Origin: Octopus sinensis
Taxonomy: Eukaryota
Assembly: GCF_006345805.1 (NCBI RefSeq)
Contig: NC_042999.1
Span: 98,146,001 to 98,210,000, forward strand
Length of the DNA: 64,000 nucleotides
Direction: 5' to 3'
The translations under genes were made by a program, and so were the position numbers. Positions 14,584-27,654 of the stretch are shown piece by piece; position 1 is the stretch's first letter; every line of letters begins with the position of its first letter. The notes beneath the pieces are model-generated. The model saw only the letters and a program-made list of their open reading frames with translations, did no database searches and was not told the DNA's origin.

Positions 14584-16503
14584 TTTCAATTCTGTTTCCG
14601 TTTCTTACCGAGTGTCTTCCTGACACCTAGGGCAGAGAAACACGCTGTATACATTGGTAGGCAATTAAAATGAACATACCAAATTGACCATTTACAAAGT
14701 CATGTGATAGAGAAAAATGAGAAGAAAGACAGGGGGGAAAAATAAGAAATAAAAAAGTAAACTGAAAATATAGGGGGCTAAAGAGAAATAAAATTCACAG
14801 CGACAATGCTCTTTTCAGTACGTGTGATGTAACAGCTAAGACAAACTTTTGCACTTCCTGTATGGATGGTAAGCCAGGGATTATTCTTAAATAATTTTCA
14901 GTTCCTTTTTTTGGTCATTCCAAGTGCTCCTACAATTGCTGGTATTGTAACTGTCTTCAGATACCACACCTTTTCTGACCCTTTATATTTTCTGAGCTTA
15001 TCAAATACTTTTGCCGAGATATTATGGTCACAAGGTATGCTCATGTCAATTAATAAACAAACTTTATTGTTTTGGTCTATCACAACAATATCTGGTTTGT
15101 TTGCTTTTATGGTCCGATCTGTACATACTAGGAAATTCCAAAGAATAGTTACATTTTCTTCCTCAGTTACAGCCTCAGGGTGGTGCTTGTACTATATGTT
15201 AGCACTTTTGATTTTATAATGCCGACACATTATGTAGATATTGACCAACTCTATCATGTCTTCATTTGTACTCTACAGTGCTAAAATCTTACATCCAGAG
15301 ATTAGTTGGTCCACTGTTTCTATCCCATCGTTGTAGTATCGGCACTTTGAGTCTACACCATTTTTCATCATATTGGCTTAATAGTTCCAGGTCAATAAGC
15401 TCTGATCTTTAGCAGCCAAGATAAATCATCCACTCTCTGTCTTTAACTCTGAGCTCCGTAGCCACTGATGGATGTACTTCTGGTCTACATCAGCTTGTTT
15501 GCTACGGGCCACATATTTTCAATGCAAAGGTTTTTGTTTCCCCCTATCAGCCAATTGTTCAAACGCATTTTGCTTTGCTATTGATTTCACCTTCTTTGCA
15601 ACTACAGTTGCTGCACCTCTATCTGGATATTATACATAAAATCAGTTGAACATATTTTGCTCACCTTCATAACAGAATGTAGCTTCTTACAATTTTCATA
15701 GATTTCAACGGGTTTAGCATCCAGTCGTTAGATGTTTCAAAATATATTGCCAATCCAATTGAGGTGGTTTTGAAGAATATTTCAAGTTGGATCATGCCTC
15801 GATCTCCTTGAGCTCTGGGTACGTATAGACGATCTGCATCTTATTGCAAGTCAGCAGCTTACGGATTTTCCTATCAGTCTTTCTTATTTTGCTCATATCC
15901 CTGTTCAACTCATTGAAACTGTAAATAACAACCGGAACTGCTAAAGAATTTATAGCTAATACCTTGTCACGTGCATTTAATTCGGATTTTAGAACTGCTC
16001 GAACTCTCCTGTAACACTCCGTCCTGATCTTCTCTTTCATACTTGCATGCTGAATGCCAGAGCCTTCATTTGTGCCGAGGTATTTGGAAGTTTGTTCCTG
16101 TTCGAGTTCTCTTATGACAGTCACAACATCCAATTCCACTGAATGTAAAGTCTTCAGCTTCTCTTTGTGGAAAGTGGCCTTGACACATTTATCAAGACCA
16201 AATTCCACCCCGATGTCATCACTGAATGTTTTCACAGTACGTAGAAGTCCTTCAAGTTCATTATCGTCTTTGTCATAGAGTTTTAAGTGATCCATATAAA
16301 AGAGATTACTTATTTTCATGTCGCCAATTTTATATCCATACCCTATTCTATTAAGTTCATTTGTAAGGGGTATTAGGGCTATGCAGAAAATTAAAGGTGA
16401 AAGTGAGTTATTGCAAGTCACCTTGGAGAATGCCGCAGTTGATATTAATATTTTTCTAATCAGTACTCCATTAGAGTGGTATTGTTGGAGATTCGTATTC
16501 CAC
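14584..16503 (-). mobile_element. R4/Dong-clade non-LTR element, copy B (RT, CCHC, restriction-like endonuclease)
   Basis: RT motifs SLSPLIFCIALIPL, ISNLFYMDHLKLY, FGLDKC, KYLG; zinc knuckle CRYYNDGIETVDQLISGCKIL; RLE KPDIVVIDQNNKVCLLIDMSIP; conserved 3' UTR; (TAA)n flanks. Confidence 0.92.
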
Positions 16504-16533
16504 ATTATCATTATTATTATTATTATATTATTA

Positions 16534-16600
<67 letters not shown>

Positions 16601-16998
16601 GAGTGAGAGAGCGGTGCATGACACTGGGATAAAATATATGAAGGCCAGTATACCCGTCATGACTACCCGTCTGATAAGAGTACACCAGGCGCATGCATCA
16701 CAACCATATGTGCGTGGCATGGTGATCACATATCAGGATTAACGGCGCGTGGCCTTGCTGATGGGGCCCAGTTAGAATTTTCTTCATGTTGAGTAGCCCA
16801 TCTCGCTCAAATGGTCCCTGAATAAGGGTTGTTTAAAGATGTTGAACGAAACACCCATCCAAACCCCATGGAATTCCTTTCAACACATGATTATGATGCA
16901 CCCCCACTACATCTACTCGTGATCAGAGATGCACATATAGTTAGCTACTAAGGGACATACTCAACTGATAAGACACTGGTTGGTACTACATCAGGGCA
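16601..16998 (-). mobile_element. non-coding interspersed repeat between (TAA)n tracts, probable non-autonomous retroposon
   Basis: No ORF; second partial copy at 4736-4905; (AAT)n at its minus-strand 3' end. Confidence 0.6.
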
Positions 16999-17011
16999 TT
17001 TATTATTATTA

Positions 17012-17066
<55 letters not shown>

Positions 17067-17089
17067 GTTATTATTATTATTATTATTCA

Positions 17090-17682
17090 GTAATTTTATT
17101 TTTATAGCGTGCTTTCACTTCACTACCGAGCGCAGCTCTGTGTGCCTTGGGTATGTGCTGTGATTTGTTGTGATGCTCTGATGGTTATTGTATGGAAAGT
17201 GTTCTGCGTAGGATGTGTGCAGTGCCTAGTAGTGCAATTTTCTGTATGTTATATGTGTTTGTAAGTCCTGGTGTTTTTGTTATGTATTTGTCTGAATAAT
17301 TTTTTTATCATGCCTAATGCACCTATTATGATAGGAATTGTTTCTGTTTTCAGATTCCACATTCTAGTTACCTCTATTTCCAGGTCTTTGTATTTTGAGA
17401 GTTTCTCCATTTCTTTTAGAGACACGTTGTCATCAGCCGGTATTGATACATCAATTAGAAAGCATTTTTTTTCTTCATGGTCTCTGACAACTATATCTGG
17501 TCTGTTGGCCTTAATTTCTCTATCTGTGTGTATCGGCATTACCCAGAGTATGGTTGCTTTCTCGTTTTCTGTTACCTTTTCTGGTGTGTGCCTATACCTT
17601 TTTTTTCTGTTGTTATTCCATAATGTTGGCATAGCTTCCAATGTATGTAGGTTCCAACTCTGTCATGTCTGTGAATATATTC
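17090..17682 (-). mobile_element. R4/Dong-clade element, short 3' copy C
   Basis: ORF 17249-17641: KATILWVMPIHTDREIKANRPDIVVRDHEEKKCFLIDVSIP...KYKDLEIE. Confidence 0.92.
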
Positions 17683-17729
17683 CTTCTTCTTCTTCTTCTT
17701 CTTCTTCTTCTTCTTCTTCTTCTTCTCTT

Positions 17730-17812
<83 letters not shown>

Positions 17813-17849
17813 CATTATTATCATTATTATTACTTTTTTTTTCTTCTTT

Positions 17850-18556
17850 CAAATTTGCTTCCATTTCTTGCCGAGTGTCTTCCCGACTCCTAGGGCAAAG
17901 AAACTCATAGTATACATTGGTAGGCCATTAAACCAAACTCAGTAGTTCGTTCATTTTTTTTTTTTTAAGTTAAATTAAAATACATGAGCAGCAACAGTTC
18001 TCACATCGACAATGCTCTTCTCAATACGTGTGATGTACCAGTTAAGACAATCTTTTGCACTTCTTGCAGGGATTGTAAGCCAGGGATCATTCTCATATAA
18101 TTTTCGGTTCCCTTCTTGATCATTCCTAGTGCTCCTACGATCACTGGTATTGTAACCGCCTTGAGATGCCACATTTTCTCAATTTCAATGAGTAGGTCTT
18201 TATATTTTCTGAGCTTGTCAAACTCTTTCGCTGAGATATTATGATCACAGGGGATGCTCATGTCGATCAATAAGCAAACTTTATTGTTTTGGTCTTTCAC
18301 AACAATATCTGGTTTATTGGCCTTGATGGTTCGGTCTGTATGTACTGGAAAGTCCCACAGAATGGTTACATTTTCTCCTTCAGTTACAGCCTCAGGGTGG
18401 TGATTATACCACTTGTCGGCAGTTTTGATATTGTAATGCCGACTTATTAGCCAGTGGAGATATTGGCCAACTCTGTCATGTCTTAATTTATACTCCACTG
18501 GTGCTAAGACTTTACATCCAGAGATTAGGTGGTCCACTGTTTCAATCATGTCGTTG
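17850..18556 (-). mobile_element. R4/Dong-clade element, 3' copy D with intact RLE frame
   Basis: ORF 18001-18549: ETVDHLISGC...RHDRVG...ANKPDIVV...LIDMSIP...KYKDL...VGALG; 3' UTR shared with copies B and F. Confidence 0.95.
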
Positions 18557-18809
18557 CATTATTATTATTATTATTGTTGCTGTTGCTGCTGTTGTTGTTG
18601 TTGTTGTTATTATTACTATCTTGTTTCCCATGGGTACTAATGTCCATTTTCCCTATCATAGGTTTATCTGCCCCAATATTAGACCATTTTCAATAGTCAA
18701 TATACACGGTGAAAACTTAGAATTATATTTACAAAAATGTTCACTCGTCAACGTTTCTTAACTTACACAGAATACAGATATACGCAGATGTTTACACATG
18801 ATGATGACA

Positions 18810-18848
<39 letters not shown>

Positions 18849-19270
18849 CGTTTCCTCAAATCTCAAGGATTTTTGCAGAATACAAGTTGGTCTTTTTCTT
18901 CAGCTGCACATTACGCTATTCACTTTCCCTATTTCAATATATATCTGTCTGAACGTCGTGCTGAGTGCACCAGTTACCACAGAAATAATATTCATCAATA
19001 TGTTCCACAAGCTATTTCAAAACCCAAATAGAAGCACTCATGGTAATATGCGTTCTTGACTGGTAATATGCTATACGGTTTCACCATTTTGTCCACAAAT
19101 TCAGCACTGGTCACTTTCTGACTTGTCTATTCTGTATTTGCTGTAATTCGTTCTTAGTGCTTGCCCTTGGGCAGTACAGATTAGAACCTCCGTTTCGGTT
19201 TTAAATCACTTTTAGTCATCCGTAGCCATCTGCATTAAAAGCTTTCCCGCTTATTTCTTTTCAGAATACT
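18849..19270 (-). mobile_element. R4/Dong-clade element, internally deleted copy E
   Basis: ALRTNYSKYRIDKSESDQC*ICGQNGETV*HI joined to ISVVTGALS; (ATC)n tail. Confidence 0.7.
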
Positions 19271-20125
19271 TTCAGCGCTTTATTATTCAGTCACCGGAAG
19301 TCACATTTTTTTATGTCCACAGAATTGATACTATTTTATTGTTTATAACATACACAAATTTATATATACGTGAGTTGGTATGCTCTAATTTGCATAATAA
19401 TGTAAACGTTGGCAACTTGCATTAATTACACACTCTTCATTGCGACACGAGCTTTGTAAGTTACTGAGAATAAATAGGAAAAACTTTGGCTTCGAATACA
19501 CAGCTGAAAACACTCTAGGTCATAGAAGGTCAACTAAATTTAGCGTTGAAACAATTTCATACTTTAACTGCAGCCATTTTATTGCAGGCGATTTTAATAT
19601 ATGGCAAAAGTGCACATATTTTGATGATATCAGTTTGTTTTTAACTGTGTGTTTTTCACATTTAAAATTTTTACATTTAATACGTTAATGTTCTTTGACT
19701 TCTCTCTTTCCATTTGTTCTCCTTGTAAGACCGTTCAAAATTAATATCAGTTTTATAGGTTTTTGTTTACAGTTATTTTTTTTTACAATTTGTTCACAGT
19801 TATATGTTTTACAATTCACAATGACCGACTGAATATACGCTTACATTTGGTTAAAGGACTAAAATGTATATATATATATTAAATCTGTGATGTTATTTTT
19901 AAAAGTTTTCATACCGGTAAATAACGGGTAGTCTATAGTGGTATTCATGTACTAAAATGATATAATGCCTGACAATACGCCCGCACGTACAGTAACACGC
20001 ACACACATACACGCACACACGTACGTGTATATGTTTATCTGTGTAGATAAGAGTAAGATGTGCATGTATGTGTTGTGTATTTGTAATAAGTGTATGTGTA
20101 TTGGTAAAGGTGTATCTATGTAAGT

Positions 20126-20187
<62 letters not shown>

Positions 20188-20532
20188 CATATTTATATAT
20201 ATATATATATGTGTGTGTTTGTGTGTGTGTGTGTGTATTTGTGAGTGTGTGGGAAGAGAGAGAGAGAGAGTGAGAGAGAGCGAGACAGTAATGTAAAAAA
20301 AGCAACAAAATTCAGAGCCCAAACTAGAATACTACGATATTAATATGCAACGAAAAATATACTTATTCAAATAAAGCTTAAATAATATTTGTTACCAAAC
20401 CCTTAGAACCAACGAATTTACCCTTTGTTGTAAATTCAAAAAATCCGAATTATGTATAAAATGGATTAATTCAACTCCAATTGTTCTTCCCAGCAAATTA
20501 CAATTTCACCTATTCCTAATGAAACTGAACAA

Positions 20533-20929
20533 TCTTTATATATAAAAGTGAAGTTGTGTGTCTGTCTCCTACGATTTAGATTCCTAACTACTCCCACATT
20601 TTGCGGTGCAGTTTAACCAAAACCGGGTATCTTATAGTCGTGATTCATATCGAGCCCTTCTGGGTATTAGCGCGCGTCTACGATGAGTCTACGATTTAAA
20701 AAAAAAATCACCATCATTTTTTTCCATTTTAATGATTTTTTTCGCTATTATATAAGGAAAGTAACTCTCTAAAAATGTCTACGATGAGTCAACGATTTAA
20801 AAAAAAATTACCATCATATTTTTTCCATTTTTAATGCATTTTTTTGCTACTTTTTGGCTATAACTCTCTAAAAATGCTTATATAGTTATTTCCCTTACAA
20901 ACCCGAGCAACGCCGGGCGATACTGCTAG
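20533..20929 (+). mobile_element. non-autonomous Helitron, copy 1
   Basis: 5' TC (tctttatatataaaag), 3' hairpin cccgagcaacgccggg then CTAG, inserted between A and T; second copy at 43587. Confidence 0.88.
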
Positions 20930-20999
20930 TAATAATTAAAAATAGAGAGATGCTTCTAGTTTAAAATCTATATAGAATTATTTAGGAATAAAGACGAAC

Positions 21000-23000
21000 T
21001 ATAATGAAAAAATTTCAAATCAACCCACAAACAAATGGAAGTGGAAATAAAAATGAAAGCCCAATACTCATAATATGTGGTTACTTTTAACTTTGGGATG
21101 CGACAAGGAAATAATATGTTGCCCGAAATTGGGAAATGTGATAATTGGGTCAGTAATAATGGAACCGATTCGAAAGAAGAATATTATATCGATAACTTAT
21201 TCTTGAAGAAAGACAAAATTCATAAACATTATCCACAAGCGATATACATGTACAAAAATATCATCAGACTTATTAACATCAAAAATACGATGACAACAAC
21301 ATTAATTTCAGGATATTTGGACAACGTAGTAACTTCATTAGAGGGATCCATTGCCTCTCTTCTTCAAGGCAGAATATCTTGCAGAATGGTGGACATACAC
21401 AAAAGAACTGGAATTATAACCCCACAAAAAATCCAGACAGAACCTGCCACTTTCTAGACCTAAGAACAAATTAAATTACTGCATAGAAATTGTTAACAAA
21501 TACAGGAGCATCAACAAAAAGTCAAACCTAAAAAGATACTTATTTTTAGACCTAGTCATAAGAATTCATGACGAGTGTGTGAAACTGGAGATAATCATAT
21601 ATTTCGTTAAGAATTGTTCAATGCAATACTCTTTACTCTTTTACTCTTTTACTTGTTTCAGTCATTTGACTGCGGACATGCTGGAGCACCAGCTTTAGTC
21701 GAGCAAATCGACCCCAGGACTTATTCTTTGTAAGCCTAGTACTTATTCTATCGGTCTCTTTTGCCAAACCGCTAAGTTACGGGGACGCAAACACACCAGC
21801 ATCGGTTGTCAAGCGATGTTGGGGGGACAAACACAGACACACAAACACACACAAACACACACACACGCACATATATACATACATATATACGACGGGCTTC
21901 TTTCAGTTTCCGTCTACCAAATCCACTCACAAGGCTTTGGTCGGCCCGAGGCTATAGCAGAAGACACTTGCCCAAGTGTCACGCAGTGGGACTGAACCCG
22001 GAACCATGTGGCTAGTAAGCAAGCTACTTACCACACAGCCACTCCTGCGCCTATGATAGATTGAATTCCTCACAAAAGGTTTAAAGTTCTCTTCAAGCTC
22101 ACAATAAAACACGGGATGATATCTTTCACCTCTGTTAGAAATTACGCTAAGAGAAGAATTATTTGAGAAAAAAATACGACGACGAATTAATTGTACGAAC
22201 CAAAAGTAATTAGAATTCAATAAAAGATAAGAACAAACCATAAGGCCAACTTTTGATTTTATGTTCAACTTCTCATATTGCCAGATCCAAATCTACCAAG
22301 AATTAAAAGAAATGGAAAATTTACCATGAATTTAAAAACAACAATGACATCATAATTTAAGAAGCAGCTAAGCGAAGCGCTTTTATCATTATCGATAATG
22401 TATATTATGCAAACTCCACATTATTCCAACCACATGACACTACTGCTATGAAAAAAAAAATAATTATCAAAATCTTGAAGATACTAAGAGCCTGTATTCA
22501 TCCACATTGAAAAGTTTTAACTAAAAAGAATGTGATTATTTAAAGAACTTTGAATGCAAAGCCAGTAATCTATACGGGATCGACAAAATTTACAAGTATA
22601 TAACGATATACGACGACTGTAAGGAATCAACTTCCATGAGTATAAACATGCTGCATCCCAACGATGTTAAATTAAGACCAATAATGGCGGGCCCAGATTA
22701 TGAAACAGAGTTAGAAACTTAGTAGACTTGAAAGCCATTGTGAAACTCCTATTAAGTCTTATTAGAAATGACTCGTTAAGCCACTACCCGCAAAGTTTAA
22801 CAAAAACACTAGCATTGTGTCTTTTCATGTTGTAAACCTCTATAGTACTATCGTGCACGACTATGGACTGAAAAGCAGAGGATTCTGGTTGTTTAAAAAC
22901 TTCTCTAAAAATTCCAGCCCAAACTGAAAAAGATGACTTACTGGAGGATAAAATTTATCATACAAAATATTTTTTTCAACTTAAGCTTATTTTACAAAAC
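21000..23000 (+). mobile_element. old Penelope-like element, N-terminal/RT remnant interrupted by a SINE
   Basis: Decayed YLKNFECKASNLYGIDKIYK...DVKLRPIMAGP, typical of the PLE RT region (xFYGLPKIHK...LRPII). Confidence 0.65.
21629..22052 (-). mobile_element. tRNA-derived SINE family S2, full length
   Basis: Head aggcgcaggagtggctgtgtggtaagtagc (A-box-like), ggttcagtccc (B-box-like), central (CA/TA) tract, tail ending (gtaaaagag)n. Confidence 0.93.
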
Positions 23001-23640
23001 CTCTGAATATGCACGAAGAACGTATGCTCATTAAAAATACAAATCACGATTGAATAGGCTATAACAACATGTTTAACAGATATTTCACGATTGCAGATCA
23101 TATTCTCACACGAGAATACATAGAAAACCATATACAACAACAAATAAACTATCGTATTTCTGTATTTTTTGTTATTCTCAGAACTTCTTTAGATTATTAC
23201 TTGAAGCGTTCACTGGATTAACACAGGCTTGATTTTGATGTATTTCTTATCCATACCGTCACGTGACTCAATATGACAGCATAACGTCCAATTGTCATCC
23301 ATGCTACATGACACATTCACTAGCTTAATAAATCTTTAACTTTTGATGCAACAGCCATTCATATTGTCATAGGATTCTCTGGTCGCATGATCTGGTTCAG
23401 CCAACCAAAGTTCACGCTAACTGATAGCAATATGTGTTACAATCTCTCCATAAAGAAGGAGCAATATTCAAACTTAAATTAGAGAGTTGAGACAAACACG
23501 GGCATGGGTATTACGCAAGGTGATTCCAACTCACACAATTTCTAAGTAGCATGAACTTGTGAAATCGGCTAAACAATTCTGAATGAATCTTTCTAGAGAT
23601 ACAGAGCGCATTTTCAATATTTCTTTTATAAATATAGATA

Positions 23641-23877
23641 TATAGGGTTGGTCACAAGTCACCCGATAGTGAATCAAAATTTCATAAATACTATTTGTAA
23701 TTCTGTATTAAATCGAATGGGAAAATGTATCGCTCAAGATGGACTTCAGTATGAACAATTTTCATGATATTTCATATTTAGATGCTTTTATCAAATCCAT
23801 TCAGTTGTTAAACATAAATAAATCTTGGAATTAAATGGTTTTGATATCTTGTCAGATGACTTTTGGCCAACCCTGTA
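23641..23877 (+). mobile_element. Tc1/mariner deletion derivative (MITE)
   Basis: TIRs tatagggttggtcacaagtcacc / gatgacttttggccaaccctgta; retains KCIAQDGLQYEQFS* C-terminal remnant. Confidence 0.8.
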
Positions 23878-24409
23878 AATATATATATATATTTCAACAC
23901 GTAGATACATATATAGATACATATATGTAGATATTGTGATTGAACGAATTACTACGTCTTTTTATTATTATTATATTTATGTATATTTAAGTGAATAGAA
24001 AGCTGGGGGGAGGGGGGAGTTAAAGATATGTTGAAAATATTTGTTTAAAATATTTCTATTTACGTTGCAGATTAATAACATCCTGTGATATATCCTTCTG
24101 TGGGGACCTATTTATCAATATATCTACTGCTCAATCTCTCGCTTTCTCTGTATGCGTATATATATATATATAATATATATATATATATATAATATATATA
24201 TATATATACATCTTTTCTCCTTCTCTCACACCTCTCTGAATGTCTGTCTGTTTAACAACCAATCTATCTGTATAAATTTACCTCCGGCGTACTATCTGTT
24301 CGTATGATTCTTTATCTATTGTTTTTCGAGTTCTTCCCAAATTTTCTAGTTTCCATTCAGTTACGTTATTATTGTATTTAACAACAGGCACTCATTAAAG
24401 ATGGTGCTT

Positions 24410-24590
24410 TCGAAGGATCGCTGGAAGTAGGACTTACTTTGCGGTATTCATTGCGGCTGTTCATGTTCCGAGTTCAAGTTCAGCCAAGGTCAACTTTGCC
24501 TTTCATTCCTCCAAGCTCCATAAAATACCTGTTATATACTTGGGTCAAAGTTGTCAACTGGAAGACTGACTTCAAAATTGCTGACTTCCA
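24410..24590 (+). mobile_element. decayed SINE family S1
   Basis: gttccgagttcaagttcagccaaggtcaactttgcctttcattcctcc. Confidence 0.65.
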
Positions 24591-24648
24591 TAAATAAGAA
24601 ACTATTACATGCACGTTGCGCGCATACACACACACGCACAAGCACATA

Positions 24649-24723
<75 letters not shown>

Positions 24724-25086
24724 ACACAATATAATATAATATGATATTACGTGTGTGTATATATATATACCCTTGTGGGTAGTAAAGAAATATATATATA
24801 TATATATGTATAACTGACAAAAATAGTATTAATTCTCTAGGTCGTTCAATTTTTCTCCGTCGATCAATGTGCGGGCTGAGTAAACCAATCAATAAAGAAC
24901 CCATATTGACTGGTGGAAACAGCTGTAAGTCAAATTTACTACTAAAAGTATGTAATGATCATTATTTATGTCTTGTCCCAAACATATACACACACATACA
25001 TACATACATGCAAACATACATACATACATACATACATACATACATACATACATACATACATACATACTTACGTACATATATGCTTT

Positions 25087-25241
25087 TGTCACTGTGCATT
25101 TAGATGCACAGCCTTTGTCATATGTGATTATATATAAATATACAGACATAGACGCGTGCACGCATATATGTTTATACTTAAGCTCAGATGTAATTATATA
25201 TATAAACACACACACACACATATATATGTATATATGTGTGA

Positions 25242-25279
<38 letters not shown>

Positions 25280-25366
25280 TTGTGCGCGTGTGTGTGTATG
25301 CTTATATATATATACATATAAGCATGTATGTATACATATATACATATATATACACATATATGCATA

Positions 25367-25408
<42 letters not shown>

Positions 25409-25512
25409 TATCTGAGCGTATGCATATACATATGTGTGCACGCGTTTGTGTCTGTGTATATTTATATATAATCACACATAAGAAAGGCTGTGCATCTAGA
25501 TGCACAGTGACA
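25087..25512. repeat. inverted repeat, about 118-bp arms around a microsatellite spacer
   Basis: 25087-25205 versus reverse complement of 25395-25512. Confidence 0.85.
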
Positions 25513-26395
25513 CACGACAATACACACAAACATACACACGCGCACACACACATGCACATAATGGACTATTAAAAATGTATTTTACGTAGTACAAATATTA
25601 TCTGACGTAAGACTCAATGCGTGTTAGACGTGAATGCCTGCAGGGACATAATTGTTTTGAAATCAAATTTAATGGTAGAGATTATAATAGAAAGTTATTG
25701 CTAAGGTGTATGTAGGTATAACTGTGTTGGGACAATCCTTAACACATTTATATTTTTAATGGATTAAACTCAAATTGTTAGAGGAACATTAAACTATTGG
25801 GGATGACGTTTGCACAGGTTCGGACAATAAAACATAATTGATGTTAGTTTGGAAAAGTAATAATATATATATAAACGAGTTCGTTCTAGTTCAGAGGTCA
25901 GATTTCTATTAATCGAAATATACTTGCTTGATGGTAGTGGTGGTGGGGATAATAGATGTACAGCCAAGTTGTAAAAATAAGTATAAATGGAGATACAAGC
26001 AAACCACGCATAAGAATATTAATACGAATTTATACCGACGCATGTCCCCTACGTAGGTTACATTTTCTAATCTTGATACTATGTTGATTGAGATCCCAAC
26101 TGAAAGGATGCAAATATTATATCAAGTGGGAAGAACTTAGAGTATGCAAATTACTAGCTTCAGTTCTCTGAGGCTGATGGATTTGCTGTGCATATAAAAA
26201 GATTGGTTACCCATTCTTCTGGGATTGGATATGTGGCGTAGACACCGCGTATGCGATGTAATTAATGCTTTTAAGTGTTCGGAAGTCGATTAATTTTTGT
26301 TCAGTCTCAGGTGAAATAATCAAATTTTCCCTGGTTCAATGTCTACTCCTTTTATATCTCACATATATATGCATACACGCATGTATATATATATT

Positions 26396-26720
26396 TTAAA
26401 GACTCCGCCGGTTACGACGACGAGGGTCCCAGTTGATACGATCAACGGAACAGCTTGCTCGTGAAATTAACGTGCAAATGGCTGAGCATTCCACAGACAC
26501 GTGTACCCTTAACGTAGTTCTCGGGGATAATCAGCGTGACACAGAGAGTGACAAGGCTGACCCTTGAAATACAAGTACAAAATCATTTTGCCAGCTGAGT
26601 GGACTGGAGCAACGTGAAATAAAGTGTCTTGCTCAAGGACACAACGCGTCGCCGGGAATCGAACTCACAACCTTACGATCATGAGCCGAATGCCCTAACC
26701 ACTAAGCCACGCGCCCTCAC
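26396..26720 (-). mobile_element. tRNA-derived SINE family S3
   Basis: Head gtgagggcgcgtggcttagtggttagggcattcggctcatgatcgtaaggttgtgagttcgattcccgg with A and B boxes, followed by tgtccttgagcaagacacttta core. Confidence 0.9.
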
Positions 26721-27311
26721 ACATACATATATATATATATATACATACATACATACATACATACATGTATGTATGTATGTATGTATGTATGTATGTATGT
26801 ATGTATGTATGTATGTATGTATGTATGTGTGTGTGTGAGTGTGTGTGTGTGTGTATGTGTGTGTGTGTGCGTTAAATAAAATGCGACAACAAAACCAAGG
26901 CTATGTGGAATTTATAAAGAGGACATTTATAAAGAGAAAGTTAGTTTTACAGTTGTTTCTGGGATATCAGGGATATTGCTTCATCAAAGACAATATAAGA
27001 CAGTTAACTAATATAAGGAGTTATTTTGGAAAATGATGGATGTAGGAAGTATAAGGGAAATAAAAGAATAAAATAAAAAATAAAAATATATGGAGGATGT
27101 GTTAGACTTACATAGCCTTACCTGCCATCTTGGATCTTCCAGATACCAATACCTCATATATATATATATAATAGTATTATATATATATATATATAATATT
27201 ATAATATAATATATATATATATATATATCATATATATATATATATACATATTATATATATATATATATATATAATATGTATATTACATATATATATATAT
27301 ATATATTATAT

Positions 27312-27362
<51 letters not shown>

Positions 27363-27378
27363 GTATATAACACATATA

Positions 27379-27409
<31 letters not shown>

Positions 27410-27433
27410 CATATTATATATATATACATATAC

Positions 27434-27474
<41 letters not shown>

Positions 27475-27527
27475 ATAATATATATAGATTAATATATGTG
27501 TGTGTATATATATATATATTTATTGGC

Positions 27528-27625
27528 CTGCTCGCTTAGCCAGCGGGGTGATGTCATCTGAAGGCTAAAACGCATTGTGACCAGCGATGTGTAGCAGCCT
27601 CTGATAACCTGGTCGGTTACGGTGA
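27528..27625 (+). mobile_element. 3' fragment of SINE family S4
   Basis: cctgctcgcttagccagcggggtg...gcattgtgaccagcgatgtg...ggtcggttacggtgata matches 56425-56545. Confidence 0.85.
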
Positions 27626-27654
27626 TATATATATATGCTTAGATACGTAGGTAT

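Noticed and set aside
26620-26720. Functional tRNA genes (also 40803, 22052, 56248)
   Set aside because: The tRNA-like heads lack a closing acceptor stem and continue into SINE bodies.
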